This document shows, piece after piece, positions 21,688 to 31,706 of a DNA stretch of 64,000 bases (the first letter of the stretch is position 1; each line of letters opens with the position of its first letter). Under the pieces are notes generated by a model, which saw only the letters and a program-made list of their open reading frames with translations, was not told the origin of the DNA and did not search any database. Origin of the DNA: Macrostomum lignano (Eukaryota); NCBI GenBank assembly GCA_002269645.1, contig NIVC01003020.1, forward strand, positions 60,871 through 124,870, read 5' to 3'. The translations under genes and the position numbers were made by a program.

Positions 21688-23805
21688 TCAGGTCTGTGGA
21701 GCTGCCTCTGAAGCTTCGGGATCGCTGACTCCTCCGGGCGGCTTGGCGACGTGGCGCAAGCAGGCTGGCGGCAGCGACTGGAAGAACTGGTGATCCAGGG
21801 CCGCCTCCAGTTGGATTCGTTCGTCGGGCTCGTACTCCAGCATGCGAAGCATGAGGTCGAACAGGTCCCTGGTGTCCTGGGACTCGTCTTTCATGTACCG
21901 ATACAGTGGCCGGCAGTTCTCCCTCACGTAGCGGCCCTCGTTGCTATGGTAGTCCCAGTCAAGCCGGCCGTGCCAGAAGTAGCTGGTCTGCGACCGGCGG
22001 GTCATGCGGTAGGGCGCGTGGCCGAGAATGCGCTCCATCATGGCCAGGTGCTCGCGGTTCTCGTGCGTCTGGTACAGAGTGAAGCCCGTGTACAGCTCGA
22101 ACGCTATGCAGCCGATCGACCAAACGTCGCAGGCGTGCGACCAACCGAGTTCTAGAATCACCTCCGGCGCTCGGTAGTGGCGAGTCGAGACCACGGTCGA
22201 GTGGTGCTCGTGATCAAAAGTGGCCGAGCCAAAATCGATTAGCGTGACATCCGTGCAGTTGACTATCTTCTCGTGCTTTCGACGCTTTGGGTTGTAGCAT
22301 GTTGTGTAGTCGGAGTTCAGGAATAAGATATTTTCTGGCTTCAGGTCCGTGTGCGTCAGCTGGTTGTCGTGCAGAAACCTGACGGAGTGAACCAGTTGGT
22401 ACACAATGTGCCGCACATGGTCCATGGGATAGGGTGCGTAGTCGTTGTCCTTCAAGAAGTCGTACACAGACTTGCCCAGCAAACCGAACACGAGGCACAT
22501 ATGGCCATAGTACTCAAACCAATGCAGCAGCTTGATGCACAGGTACCAGCCCTCTGGGTCTTTCTCATCCAGCTTCTTTAGCACATTGATCTCCAGCTTA
22601 GCTGCCTCTCTGTACTTCTCAACATTTTTAATAACTTTGATGGCCACGCGCTTCCGGCTGTCGCTTTGAAGGTCAATGCATTCGGTAACTTTGCCAAACG
22701 TACCCTCGCCCAGAGTCTTTGTTATTTCATATCGCTCCTGCAGCACATCTCCAAATGCATAGATCAGGTGCCCATCTGAGTCGTCCCTGTACGGAGATTT
22801 GCTGTTCTTCCTCTGGACTCTGCGCCTTTGAGGCTCCTCGCGCGGCTCGATTGCTCTCTGCCGGTCGCGACTTTTGGGCAGACTTTGCATGATTTCCGAA
22901 CTGGCTGCTGCGACAGTCTTTGGTCCTTGCTTCTCACCGTTCTTTATCGTTTTGTCTGTGGCGTCCGGTAGAAGGTCCACCTGTTGAGCTCCTGATTGTA
23001 GCGCCGTTGAGGCCGCACTGAACCCAAAGTCGACGGCTTCCTCTGCCTGTCCAGCGGCTGCAGATACGGCCTCTACATTTCCTCGATCACTGGAAAGCCC
23101 GATTGCTCCGGGGATTTCTGGGTCAAGCAGTTCCTCTGCGCCGGAATTTGTCACCGTCACTGGCTGCTGAGTGCTGTTTGACCTCTGCTCGGGACTTTCC
23201 GCTGTGCTTTTGCTATTTCTCACAGCCAGAGATGCGATCTGCTGACCCAGCCTTTCCAAATCTCCCCTCAGTTGGTCCAGTTGGCCTTTCCGACAGTGAC
23301 TGCTTACAGCGAGAGTTGGCATGTTGCCCATCTGTGCAGCGGCTTCCGGAGGCTCAACTATCTGTGGATCGGGCAGCTCGGGGTCTTTAAACGTCAGCGG
23401 TATGGACGCCTCAGTTTTGGATCCATTGTAGCAGCGGGACCGCCGGCATTTCTTCTTGCTGCGGCTCGAAGACGAGTGCGAGAGCATGCTGGAGCCGCTC
23501 TGCGTCATGGGTATGAAAGTCTCGGAGGACGCCGGTAGCCTAGGCAGCCATGGTGAGCTCCACGAACTGAGACGCCAGTCGAGCTGATTTTCGGCGGTTG
23601 CGCTAAAGGGAGGCGAGCTGGTGGTTGCGGTGAGAAACGTGACCTCGCTGCTAGAAGAGGAGGTCTCCAAACTTCCCAGACGTTGCCTTCGCCGGCAACA
23701 AACCAGCAGGTCGCAGAGCGATTCGGGAAGGCAGCCGAGAAGGCGACGCCGCGGAGAAGCTGCAGCTGCTGAGGAAGCTGCTCCAGTTGGCTGCTGCAGC
23801 CTCAT
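21688..23805 (-). CDS. CLK: CLK/Doa (LAMMER) dual-specificity kinase, intronless, up to 705 aa
   Basis: [39 protein letters not shown] and the [11 protein letters not shown] signature; the true start codon is uncertain. Confidence 0.95.
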   Translation of the reverse strand: MRLQQPTGAASSAAAASPRRRLLGCLPESLCDLLVCCRRRQRLGSLETSSSSSEVTFLTATTSSPPFSATAENQLDWRLSSWSSPWLPRLPASSETFIPMTQSGSSMLSHSSSSRSKKKCRRSRCYNGSKTEASIPLTFKDPELPDPQIVEPPEAAAQMGNMPTLAVSSHCRKGQLDQLRGDLERLGQQIASLAVRNSKSTAESPEQRSNSTQQPVTVTNSGAEELLDPEIPGAIGLSSDRGNVEAVSAAAGQAEEAVDFGFSAASTALQSGAQQVDLLPDATDKTIKNGEKQGPKTVAAASSEIMQSLPKSRDRQRAIEPREEPQRRRVQRKNSKSPYRDDSDGHLIYAFGDVLQERYEITKTLGEGTFGKVTECIDLQSDSRKRVAIKVIKNVEKYREAAKLEINVLKKLDEKDPEGWYLCIKLLHWFEYYGHMCLVFGLLGKSVYDFLKDNDYAPYPMDHVRHIVYQLVHSVRFLHDNQLTHTDLKPENILFLNSDYTTCYNPKRRKHEKIVNCTDVTLIDFGSATFDHEHHSTVVSTRHYRAPEVILELGWSHACDVWSIGCIAFELYTGFTLYQTHENREHLAMMERILGHAPYRMTRRSQTSYFWHGRLDWDYHSNEGRYVRENCRPLYRYMKDESQDTRDLFDLMLRMLEYEPDERIQLEAALDHQFFQSLPPACLRHVAKPPGGVSDPEASEAAPQT

Positions 23806-25476
23806 CTGCTGCAGGCGGCTTCAGGGGCGAGCATTTATTGCGCTGCCAGTACGCCTGCCAAGATACACTGAGATGCAGAGAGACCAGGCCAGTTTTCTGC
23901 CTATCTAATGGAACCGGCTGGATGCCATTGGCGCTCGCCTCAAATCGGAGAGAGGATGGTTGAAGGGCGAAGATGAAACACCCGCCGATCGTACACTGGC
24001 CTGCCTTTCCCGGGCTCGCATAAGAAACTTGAAACCCCAACGGGTCGAAATGGCGGCGCACCTCTATTGCTGCAGCGTGCGCTCTCTTTCCCCCTCAGTC
24101 GGCCGCGTACCTTCCGGGACCGTTGCGCAGCGCTGTTCCTCGGCCTGGCCAGGTCATTTCTGCCCACCATCTGTAAAACAGCAAGCAAAGACCGGGTGCG
24201 TCAAGAATTTACCTGCACAGGAGAGCTACGGATGGGCCAACAGCGCACTCGGGGTGTTGCATTCGCCGATTCGTTGCGCATGGAGGGAAGCTGGGTGCCG
24301 TGTGTGCATCACCAAGGCTTCGAAGTGAGGGGGCCATTGGCAGGGACGCCGCGGACACTGAGCGCACATCCTGACGCATTCTGAAGTTGCAGCGCGGTTC
24401 GATTGCAGCCCGCAGACCCAAGTCTGTTTAAACAAAGAAGAATGCTTGGTAGGGACAGAAGCGGCATGGTTATGCGGGTGCAATGGCTATGCGTGTGCGT
24501 GGGTCTGCCTGGGATATTGAGGGCGAAAGAAAGACTTGGATAGAAAAATGAGATTCACCTGTGCCCGCTGGTGGCTGGAGAAAGTTTGGCCCGTAAGAGG
24601 CTGAAGTGGGCGCGATTACAGGGGGGGGGGGCGGCCTGGAAGCGCTGCTTTGTTTTCCTTCAGTAAATCTGCTTGCGAATGTCGCGCGCAGAGTGGCTTG
24701 AAAAACACCCGGGTGGCCAATCAATCAAGCAGTTGAGGCGGACAGTCGGCCCAGCCGCTCCGCTGTCATCTGGCATCGGCCTTGTCAGTGATTCGAACAC
24801 AGCCAGGGGACACCGTTGGCAAATACAGCACTGCGGGACTGATGGGCGTGTGAAGCCTGGAACTGAAGTGCTAATACAGTCCATTGCACAGCCACGAAAA
24901 TGTCTAATGTATTAAATTAATCACCCAATCACGCACGACGTTTGATAGCGCAATGCTTACGAGCCTTTTGATCATTCAAAATTGTCTTCATTTGATGGCG
25001 GCGGTCCGGAAGTCCGGTTCACATTCCTCAAATCAATGCGCAGTTGGTTCAGACTCATCTTAAAACTGATTTTGAACCTGAAACCCACCGATAGCCCTTG
25101 CACTCCGAGACTGTTTCAAGACAGACACTTCCAAAGCTGTTGTTCCGGGTTTTGTCATTACGAGCTCGAAACTTTGTATCCCATTTGGCACCTAATTTAA
25201 AAACAACCCATTTTAATTGTCCTATTTCTTTTTACCAAGGCCTTTCTAACAAAGGGCCGGCATGGCCTACGCTGATTCATATTGACTCAGTTAATTTTAC
25301 GGCTTTCGGGAAGCAGCTGTTACCTAATGAAATGTATTAGTTGTACAAAAATAGCCCATTAATTAAATGATGCTACTTTAAGTAGGACTACCCGCCCCGT
25401 TTCTCTACCTCTCCCGCTCTCACCCATCTAACCAAACCTCTCTCCGAATCTTGTCTTCCCTCTTAAAGCACTCCTA

Positions 25477-25706
25477 CCCCACCTGCAAGCATCTCACCCT
25501 ACCCCACCTGCCCGCATCTCACCCTACCCCACCTGCCCGCTTCTCACCCTACCCCACCTGCCCGCATCTCACCCTACCCCACCTGCCCGCATCTCACCCT
25601 ACCCAATCTGTCCGCATCTTACCCTACCTCACCTGCCCGCATCTCACCCTACCCCACCTGCCCGCATCTCACCCTACCTCACCTGCCCGCATCTCACCCT
25701 GCCCCG
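25477..25706. repeat. 25-bp minisatellite CACCTGCCCGCATCTCACCCTACCC
   Basis: About 9 tandem copies. Confidence 0.9.
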
Positions 25707-26495
25707 CCACAAGGACTACTTAAGAAAGAGGACTCTGCTTTAGCAAAAGTTGTACATATTTTGAAGGCTGAATTTTAAACTGATGGCAGCTTTGAGCGGC
25801 TGCATGCATAATACGCTCGCAGAAAGCTAAATTTTCACTATTGTGTCCAGAGCTTCCATCCCAATTCGTCTGGGCTGTTTGCTGACCGAAGTTTATTCCA
25901 ATATAGAAAAGTTTCAAAGCCTTTGTTGCTGTCGTTGGTGCGGATGTCATGGTTATAAAGTACATTAAAGTACATTGTCATGAAGTAGGGACGACACACT
26001 CCGGCCTGTGGGCGACACGCGGCCCTCGGGTCCTTTGAATCTTCACAAAAGCAATCCGGCCCACTCAAGGTTTTAGGTCTCTTCTCATCTCTCTTCTCTC
26101 TAATCTCCTCTCCTCTCCCTTCTCTCCTCTTTTTCTCTGTTCTCTATTCACTCTCCTTTCTCCCATCTTCTGCAGGGTGGTCGGCAGACACAGCGGGGAG
26201 GCGAGGGTCGCCAATTCCGCTACCTCCATGGCCCGCAATCACGATCTCTATCTGCCCCTTAAGGTAAAAAATTTCGCCAACCCCTGTTATAAAGTGAGGC
26301 TCATTCACGCCACCTATGTAATTGGGCCATTGCACATTAATGACTGCTTTTTTGTGTTAACTTCGCGCCAGTGTGCAGTGTCATTTCTAGCTTTAAAAAT
26401 TTGACTAAAGATTATAGTGCACATATACAGGCAGGTGCTGCAGGAGGCTGCAAAATATGGGTTTGGGGGACTGTGCGGGTACATTCATCCAGTAC

Positions 26496-26790
26496 CCGTT
26501 ACCTGATACCGTTACCTGATTACCCGTTACCTGATACCGGTTACATGATACCCGTTACATGATGTCCGTTACCTGATGCCCGTTGCATGATGTCCGTTAC
26601 ACGATACCCGTTACCTGATACCGTTACCTGATACCCGTTACCTGATACCCGTTACCTGATACCCGTTATCTGATACCCGTTATCTGATACCCGTTACCTG
26701 ATACCCGGTTACTGATACCCGGTACCCAATACCCGGTACCCAATACCCGGTACCCAATACCCGGTACCCGGTACTCAATACCCGATACCC
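26496..26790. repeat. GATACCCGTTACCT / ATACCCGGTACCC tandem repeats
   Basis: Direct tandem reiteration of 13-14-bp units. Confidence 0.85.
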
Positions 26791-27302
26791 GATTGAGTGC
26801 ATATACAACCCTCCTATAAACAATATGATTACTATTATTTGTATTGTTTGGCAATTCACTATTTTCTTATTGTTTTTATTAATGATATTCCTACAATTGT
26901 CTCCTTATATGGACAACAGTGACTAGGCAGTGGGCAGAATTTATTGAATAAATGAGTTTCTTCTTGGTAAGATAGTCACTCTGATTTCCAACTGTAAGCC
27001 CCTTCACCCCCAAAGCTGATGCCCTATGACTATCACTGCACTATTATTGAATAAAATAATATATCTTGTAAGCATTTACTTGAGCAGTTCTTGAGCAAAC
27101 CGACTCTACGGTGGCTGCCTTGATGGGTGACGCAAGCCTTGCGCGCAGCTCTGCTTAAATTGCAACGTGCGGACCACAGAGGCCACGGCGGCCTGTGCAC
27201 TTGCGAAGCGGCCCCACCCCAAATTTACTCACCCGACCCACCAGATATAAACTGGCCCGTACGGCATCAACTTCTCTGCAGTGTCTCAGTGCGGTGACAC
27301 CA

Positions 27303-27968
27303 ATGGAGAATCCAACCTATGCCAGCCGGGTCCCCGCCGGGGTTCTCACAGCTCACGTGATCCTCGGCTCCCTGCAGCTCAGCGTCGGGGTGCTCACCAT
27401 CGTGTTCAGCGTCGCCGCTGTGGTCACCGGAGTGAACATGACCTCCGTCTTCGCCGCCAGCGGCATCTGGTCGGCGCCGTTCTTCATCGGAGCGGGCATC
27501 TCCGGCCTGGTGGCGGGCAAGAGCGAGCGGCGCTGCACGCTGGGCTGCGTGGTCACCTGCCTGGTGTTCAGCATCCTGGCCTCCGTGTTCAGCGCCATTG
27601 CCCTCATCATGGTCGCCTTCGTTCTGTCCCTGAGCTCCAGCGTCCACAGCTCGTACAGCAGCACTGAGAACTTCGTGATGAGTGTCATCTGCTGCCTTCT
27701 ACTTGCCGCCGAGTTCCTGCTCGCCGTAGTGCACAGCGCCTTCGCCTGCAAGGCCTCGTGCTGCTGCGTGCCGGACATCCAGCTGAACCGGGAGCAGCAG
27801 CGGCAGACGGTTGCATATGTTGTAGACGGCGGCATCGTGCCTCGTGAGCAGCAGGTGTTCTTGCACAATGGCTACGAGCACCAGCCGGTCCCGAACTCGA
27901 GCTTCCAGCAGCCTCCGGGCTACGGCTATGGCGGCTCGAACGGCGAGGTCAAGCGAGCGCTGCCTTGA
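27303..27968 (+). CDS. Four-transmembrane MS4A/CD20-like protein, intronless, 221 aa
   Basis: ATG at 27303; four hydrophobic segments, SGIWSAPFFIGAGISG resembling the CD20-family second helix, Cys cluster after TM4, high GC3. Confidence 0.75.
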   Translation: MENPTYASRVPAGVLTAHVILGSLQLSVGVLTIVFSVAAVVTGVNMTSVFAASGIWSAPFFIGAGISGLVAGKSERRCTLGCVVTCLVFSILASVFSAIALIMVAFVLSLSSSVHSSYSSTENFVMSVICCLLLAAEFLLAVVHSAFACKASCCCVPDIQLNREQQRQTVAYVVDGGIVPREQQVFLHNGYEHQPVPNSSFQQPPGYGYGGSNGEVKRALP

Positions 27969-28353
27969 TGATGAATGCCTTTTGGCTATGCATGACGACA
28001 GAGTTTCCTAAAGGACTGCGCCTGCATGTGCGTACGGTACTTGTAGCTTTTTTCATTTGTTGAAAATATATCAAAAATCCATTTAACTTTTCGTTTCGAT
28101 CTGCGACTTGATTTTATTCTCCCCCGTGGCTGTCCCAGTTTGTTTGCCGGCGCTGGCCAGGGCGAAAAAGGTGAAAGTCACCGAAAAACGGAGTACAGTA
28201 CAGAAAAACCGAAAGCAAACCAATATGGACAAATTGGTTAGAGTAAATTAGGTTAATTAGATTAGATTAGCTTTTTGTGCAGCCCTTTGGGCCTACGCGC
28301 ATTAAATTTAATCCAAGATATAATTGTCAATGTAATAAAGATTTTGTCTATGG

Positions 28354-30629
28354 CACAGATACTATAAACACTAGATAGGCCACTCCAGCTAATTTTCACA
28401 ACACGACAGTTTACTTACTTTCTGCTTAGTAGTAGTAAAAACATTTTAGCGTTATTTATATTTTTTAAAAATAAAAAAACAGATGAATGCAATGCAGCAA
28501 TTATATTGATTTTATTTGCAAAAAGAAACTTATAATTATACTTTCCACAATTCAAAGCAACATTGTGAATGCTTTAGATTGCATTGAAGGCTATATTATT
28601 GCAGTCAACTATTGTATATTTAGCAAATACGAGCTATATCATATACTCCATAATCCATATTCGTGTAGCAAAATAGAAAGATTTCTCATCTTAATCAGCT
28701 CATCTGTTTGTGAAACTCGCAGCGTGCTATCGAAGAACAGGGGGTCGCCAGTCGCCCTTGTTCAGAGGCAGCATTCAGCACGGCCCAACAGATTAAAAAA
28801 ACTGGCGAATGCGCCTCTTCTAAGTCCAGGGATGTATCCGATGGAGAGCCAATCCTCAGTGGTTTCGTAACAGGCAGCCGATAAGCAGCAGGACTTTTGT
28901 GGTGCAGCTGCAATGAGCTGCTGATGAGATGACATCCTTTGACCAGAGCACCCCTGACTGCGAGCGCCCTGCCGCCCAGTCGACCGCTGGAAGCTGCGCT
29001 AGCCACGCCTCAAAAGTCCATGGATGCACGACTGCGCTGCACTTTCCTTGACCATCGAGAGTTGCTGCTGCAGCCGCTTGATTTGCCTGTCGCTTTCGGG
29101 ATTGCTGCTGCAGCCGCTTGATTCGCCTGTCACTTTCGGGATCGTTGCTGCAGCCGCTTGATCGTTGCCTCTAGCGCTTGGAACCCGCGAATCGGCTGCA
29201 GAGGTGACAGCTTTCAGCCGCAACAGCTGTTCTCGGCGCAGAATCTGATAGCCGAAGGTTGCTCTGCCACAGCACTGGCAGCAGGCAAGTCGCAGGCTCG
29301 GCTGCAGATAGATTGCTAATAGGCCCCAGCACTGGAGGGTACATGTCGCCTGCCTCTTCATCGTTTATCAGTCCTTTGCACAGAGCTGGTAGCTGGTCTA
29401 TTTGAACGAGCCGAGGCAGCATCAACTCTTGGTGTGGGATTGCGTCCCAGCGAAAACAGATGTCTTGCACATCCGTGGCACTTTGTAAGGCAGCAGTAGG
29501 CCTCGTCCATAAAGTGCAAGCTGAACACACGTAGGCCCCGTGATTTAATTGTTTATAAAGGTCAATATCCACGCTCCTGCAGTAGCTGCTGCCAGCGCTT
29601 CGCCAGTGTCATCTTTTGGTAATTTATGCATTCGCAACGGATTGTTCTTTCTCGGATGTTAATAGCACTAGTACAGAGCTCGTGCAAGTGGGAGCACAGC
29701 AGTGGTTCGAATCAAAACATTTCTCGAGTACGAGATTAGATAGAAAAGCTAGTATGCACTCGAACTTTCTTTAACTCTGAATCTTGTCCTGTTCATCTAT
29801 ATATAAGCTTGTATTTAAGCACGATTCGCCACCCCCAAATTTTCTAACCCACAACCTCTAAACCCCCACCCCTAACCCAGGCTAGCTATGTGCAGTCCTT
29901 TATTTTCTATCCCACCACCAGTGGGCCTAAATTATCGATCCACTCATCCTGCCTTATACGAAACTGATATTAACCCTATTCCAGATAGGGGGGCCGTAGC
30001 CCAGCGCTAGCGGAGCTGCTCTGGTGTGCCAGCGACCCAGGCTCGATTCCAAGTGCAGTCACATTAATTTGGGGCTGAATTGGAATCTCGGCTTGGCTCT
30101 GCTCGTGCAATTAACGGCCTTGAGAGCCAACCCCCCAAGGCACAGTGAAGTGTACATGCCTAACTATAATATAAAGTTAGGGCCGCTGTACACTCCTGTG
30201 TGAGTGTGTGCCTGCGTACGTATCCGCGCGCTTGTATGCCTGCTCAGGGGAGTCGGCGGAATGGGCAGTAATGCCTCTCGCCGGTTGTGTGCCAATGTCG
30301 CTTAAAGTGCGCCAGGGTGCACACAGCCCCCCTGCCTCTAATAAAAAAAATAAAAAAAAACCCTATTCCAGACTACCCCCCTTCCTCCACTTTGAAAGAT
30401 AGCGGCATTGTACACTGTCTGTCGCGTCTTAATGTACACCATTACTGCACAAAACAAGTTAGTTGTTTATGGCGTTAGCAAAACGATGTCTCAAAAACAG
30501 TCACTTGATTTGTCTAATTTAGCAAATAATACTGTTGCTTCCTTTCATTGCTACTAAGCAGAAAGTAGAATAAAAAACTTGCCCAGAAAATTAGCCTGAG
30601 TGGCCTATCTAGTGTTTATAGTATCTGTG
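28354..30629 (-). mobile_element. 2.3-kb P-element-like transposon with a frameshifted THAP gene
   Basis: 42-bp TIRs CACAGATACTATAAACACTAGATAGGCCACTC..GCTAATTTTC, perfect TSD GTCTATGG (28346-28353, 30630-30637); minus-strand pieces HCCAPTC / MHKLPKD / KRW / YVCS..HF / RWDAIP at about 29715-29440. Confidence 0.85.
29986..30360 (+). mobile_element. Full-length tRNA-derived SINE nested in the P-like element
   Basis: tRNA-like head GGGGGGCCGTAGCCCAGCG (A box) and GGCTCGATTCC (B box, 30040-30050), A-rich tail 30338-30360, TSD (AA)CCCTATTCCAGA at 29972-29985 and 30359-30372. Confidence 0.85.
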
Positions 30630-30877
30630 GTCTATGGTAGCAAGGCTGGCACAGCAGCGCATAAACACACACATCAAGTACACTTAACACATAATAGGCC
30701 TGTTCATGTCATACTACCGAGCGGACTATGTTCAAGTTCAAAGTATGCGCTTAAAGCTTAAGCTTGTAAACATCTAGATTGTAAATGTCTAGCTGGCAAA
30801 GGTTGGCCAGCTAGCATCTTAAAAATTTAGCAGAGAATACAACTATAAATAGTAGCTCCGCGACTGCTTCGATTGAG

Positions 30878-30950
30878 GGCCGCGTGGCGCAATGGATAAC
30901 GCGTCTGACTACGGATCAGAAGATTCCAGGTTCGAGTCCTGGCGTGGTCG
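30878..30950 (+). tRNA. tRNA-Arg(ACG): tRNA-Arg (anticodon ACG)
   Basis: 73 nt; acceptor stem GGCCGCG/CGTGGTC, anticodon arm TCTGA-CTACGGA-TCAGA, T loop GGTTCGAGTCC, oligo-T terminator just downstream. Confidence 0.97.
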
Positions 30951-31706
30951 CTTGAATAATTTTTGCTTTATTAAGTTGGCCTAAACTTTTACATTTAATT
31001 ATAAAAATGCTTTACTTCCTTTTTAATTTCACCATACCAGAAACTTCAGTTTTAGCATTGGCACACAAACGTCTGGTTAGCATAAATACTAATTGCCGAT
31101 ATGTATAGAAAATACGCAAAAGTAGGCTTGCAATAGCCCAATGCCGTACCGTGCCATGCCAGTTCACGCAACCTCTAAACCTTTGTGCCCCTGCCAGACG
31201 ATGACAATCAGAGCCAAACAGTTTCGAAATTCAGCCAATTTGGATTCTCTTTTACCATACTTGGCCAGCCAAAATCTTTGCATGCGAGTAAGTAGTAAAA
31301 AAGTAGTAAGAAGCGAAACTGTCTCTAAAACGGCAAGATTTTCCTAGAAAATGCGCTTCCAAGAGCCACTATCAAAAGCAGCCTTTAAGTACCCCATTTT
31401 GTGAATAAAATACGCAAGAAAAGATCAAAATACAAAGAAAATTTTAATTTGAAATAAGTCTGCGAGCTACTCATACTCGTACTATACATACTACTTACTC
31501 GAGCTTGCTACACATTTATTTATTCATGACAGCTGGAAAGGGTGTTGAACAGCAATGGAATCTTGCACATGCATTAGCTTAATCTGTCTGCAATAACCTG
31601 GCAATTAGTGCTGCGCAATGAACGCGGTACACTGGAAAATATTAGTAGCTACGCACTAAAATAGGTGGTTCACATTATTAAGTGGAGAAATTCGCCTTCA
31701 GCAGCA

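Noticed and set aside
23940-24915. Overlapping short ORFs upstream of CLK
   Set aside because: No motifs or codon bias; probably 5' UTR or promoter sequence
25720-26068. WDGSSGH as a Transib/RAG-like catalytic motif
   Set aside because: Lacks the preceding KWG(C/F) context, is short, and has no TIRs or further motifs
26173-26286. Small hAT-like element (CAGGGT..CCCCTG)
   Set aside because: TIR match is weak and there is no TSD
29695-29715. GGTTCGAATC as a tRNA B box
   Set aside because: No A box or cloverleaf; it coincides with the antisense of the THAP N-terminus
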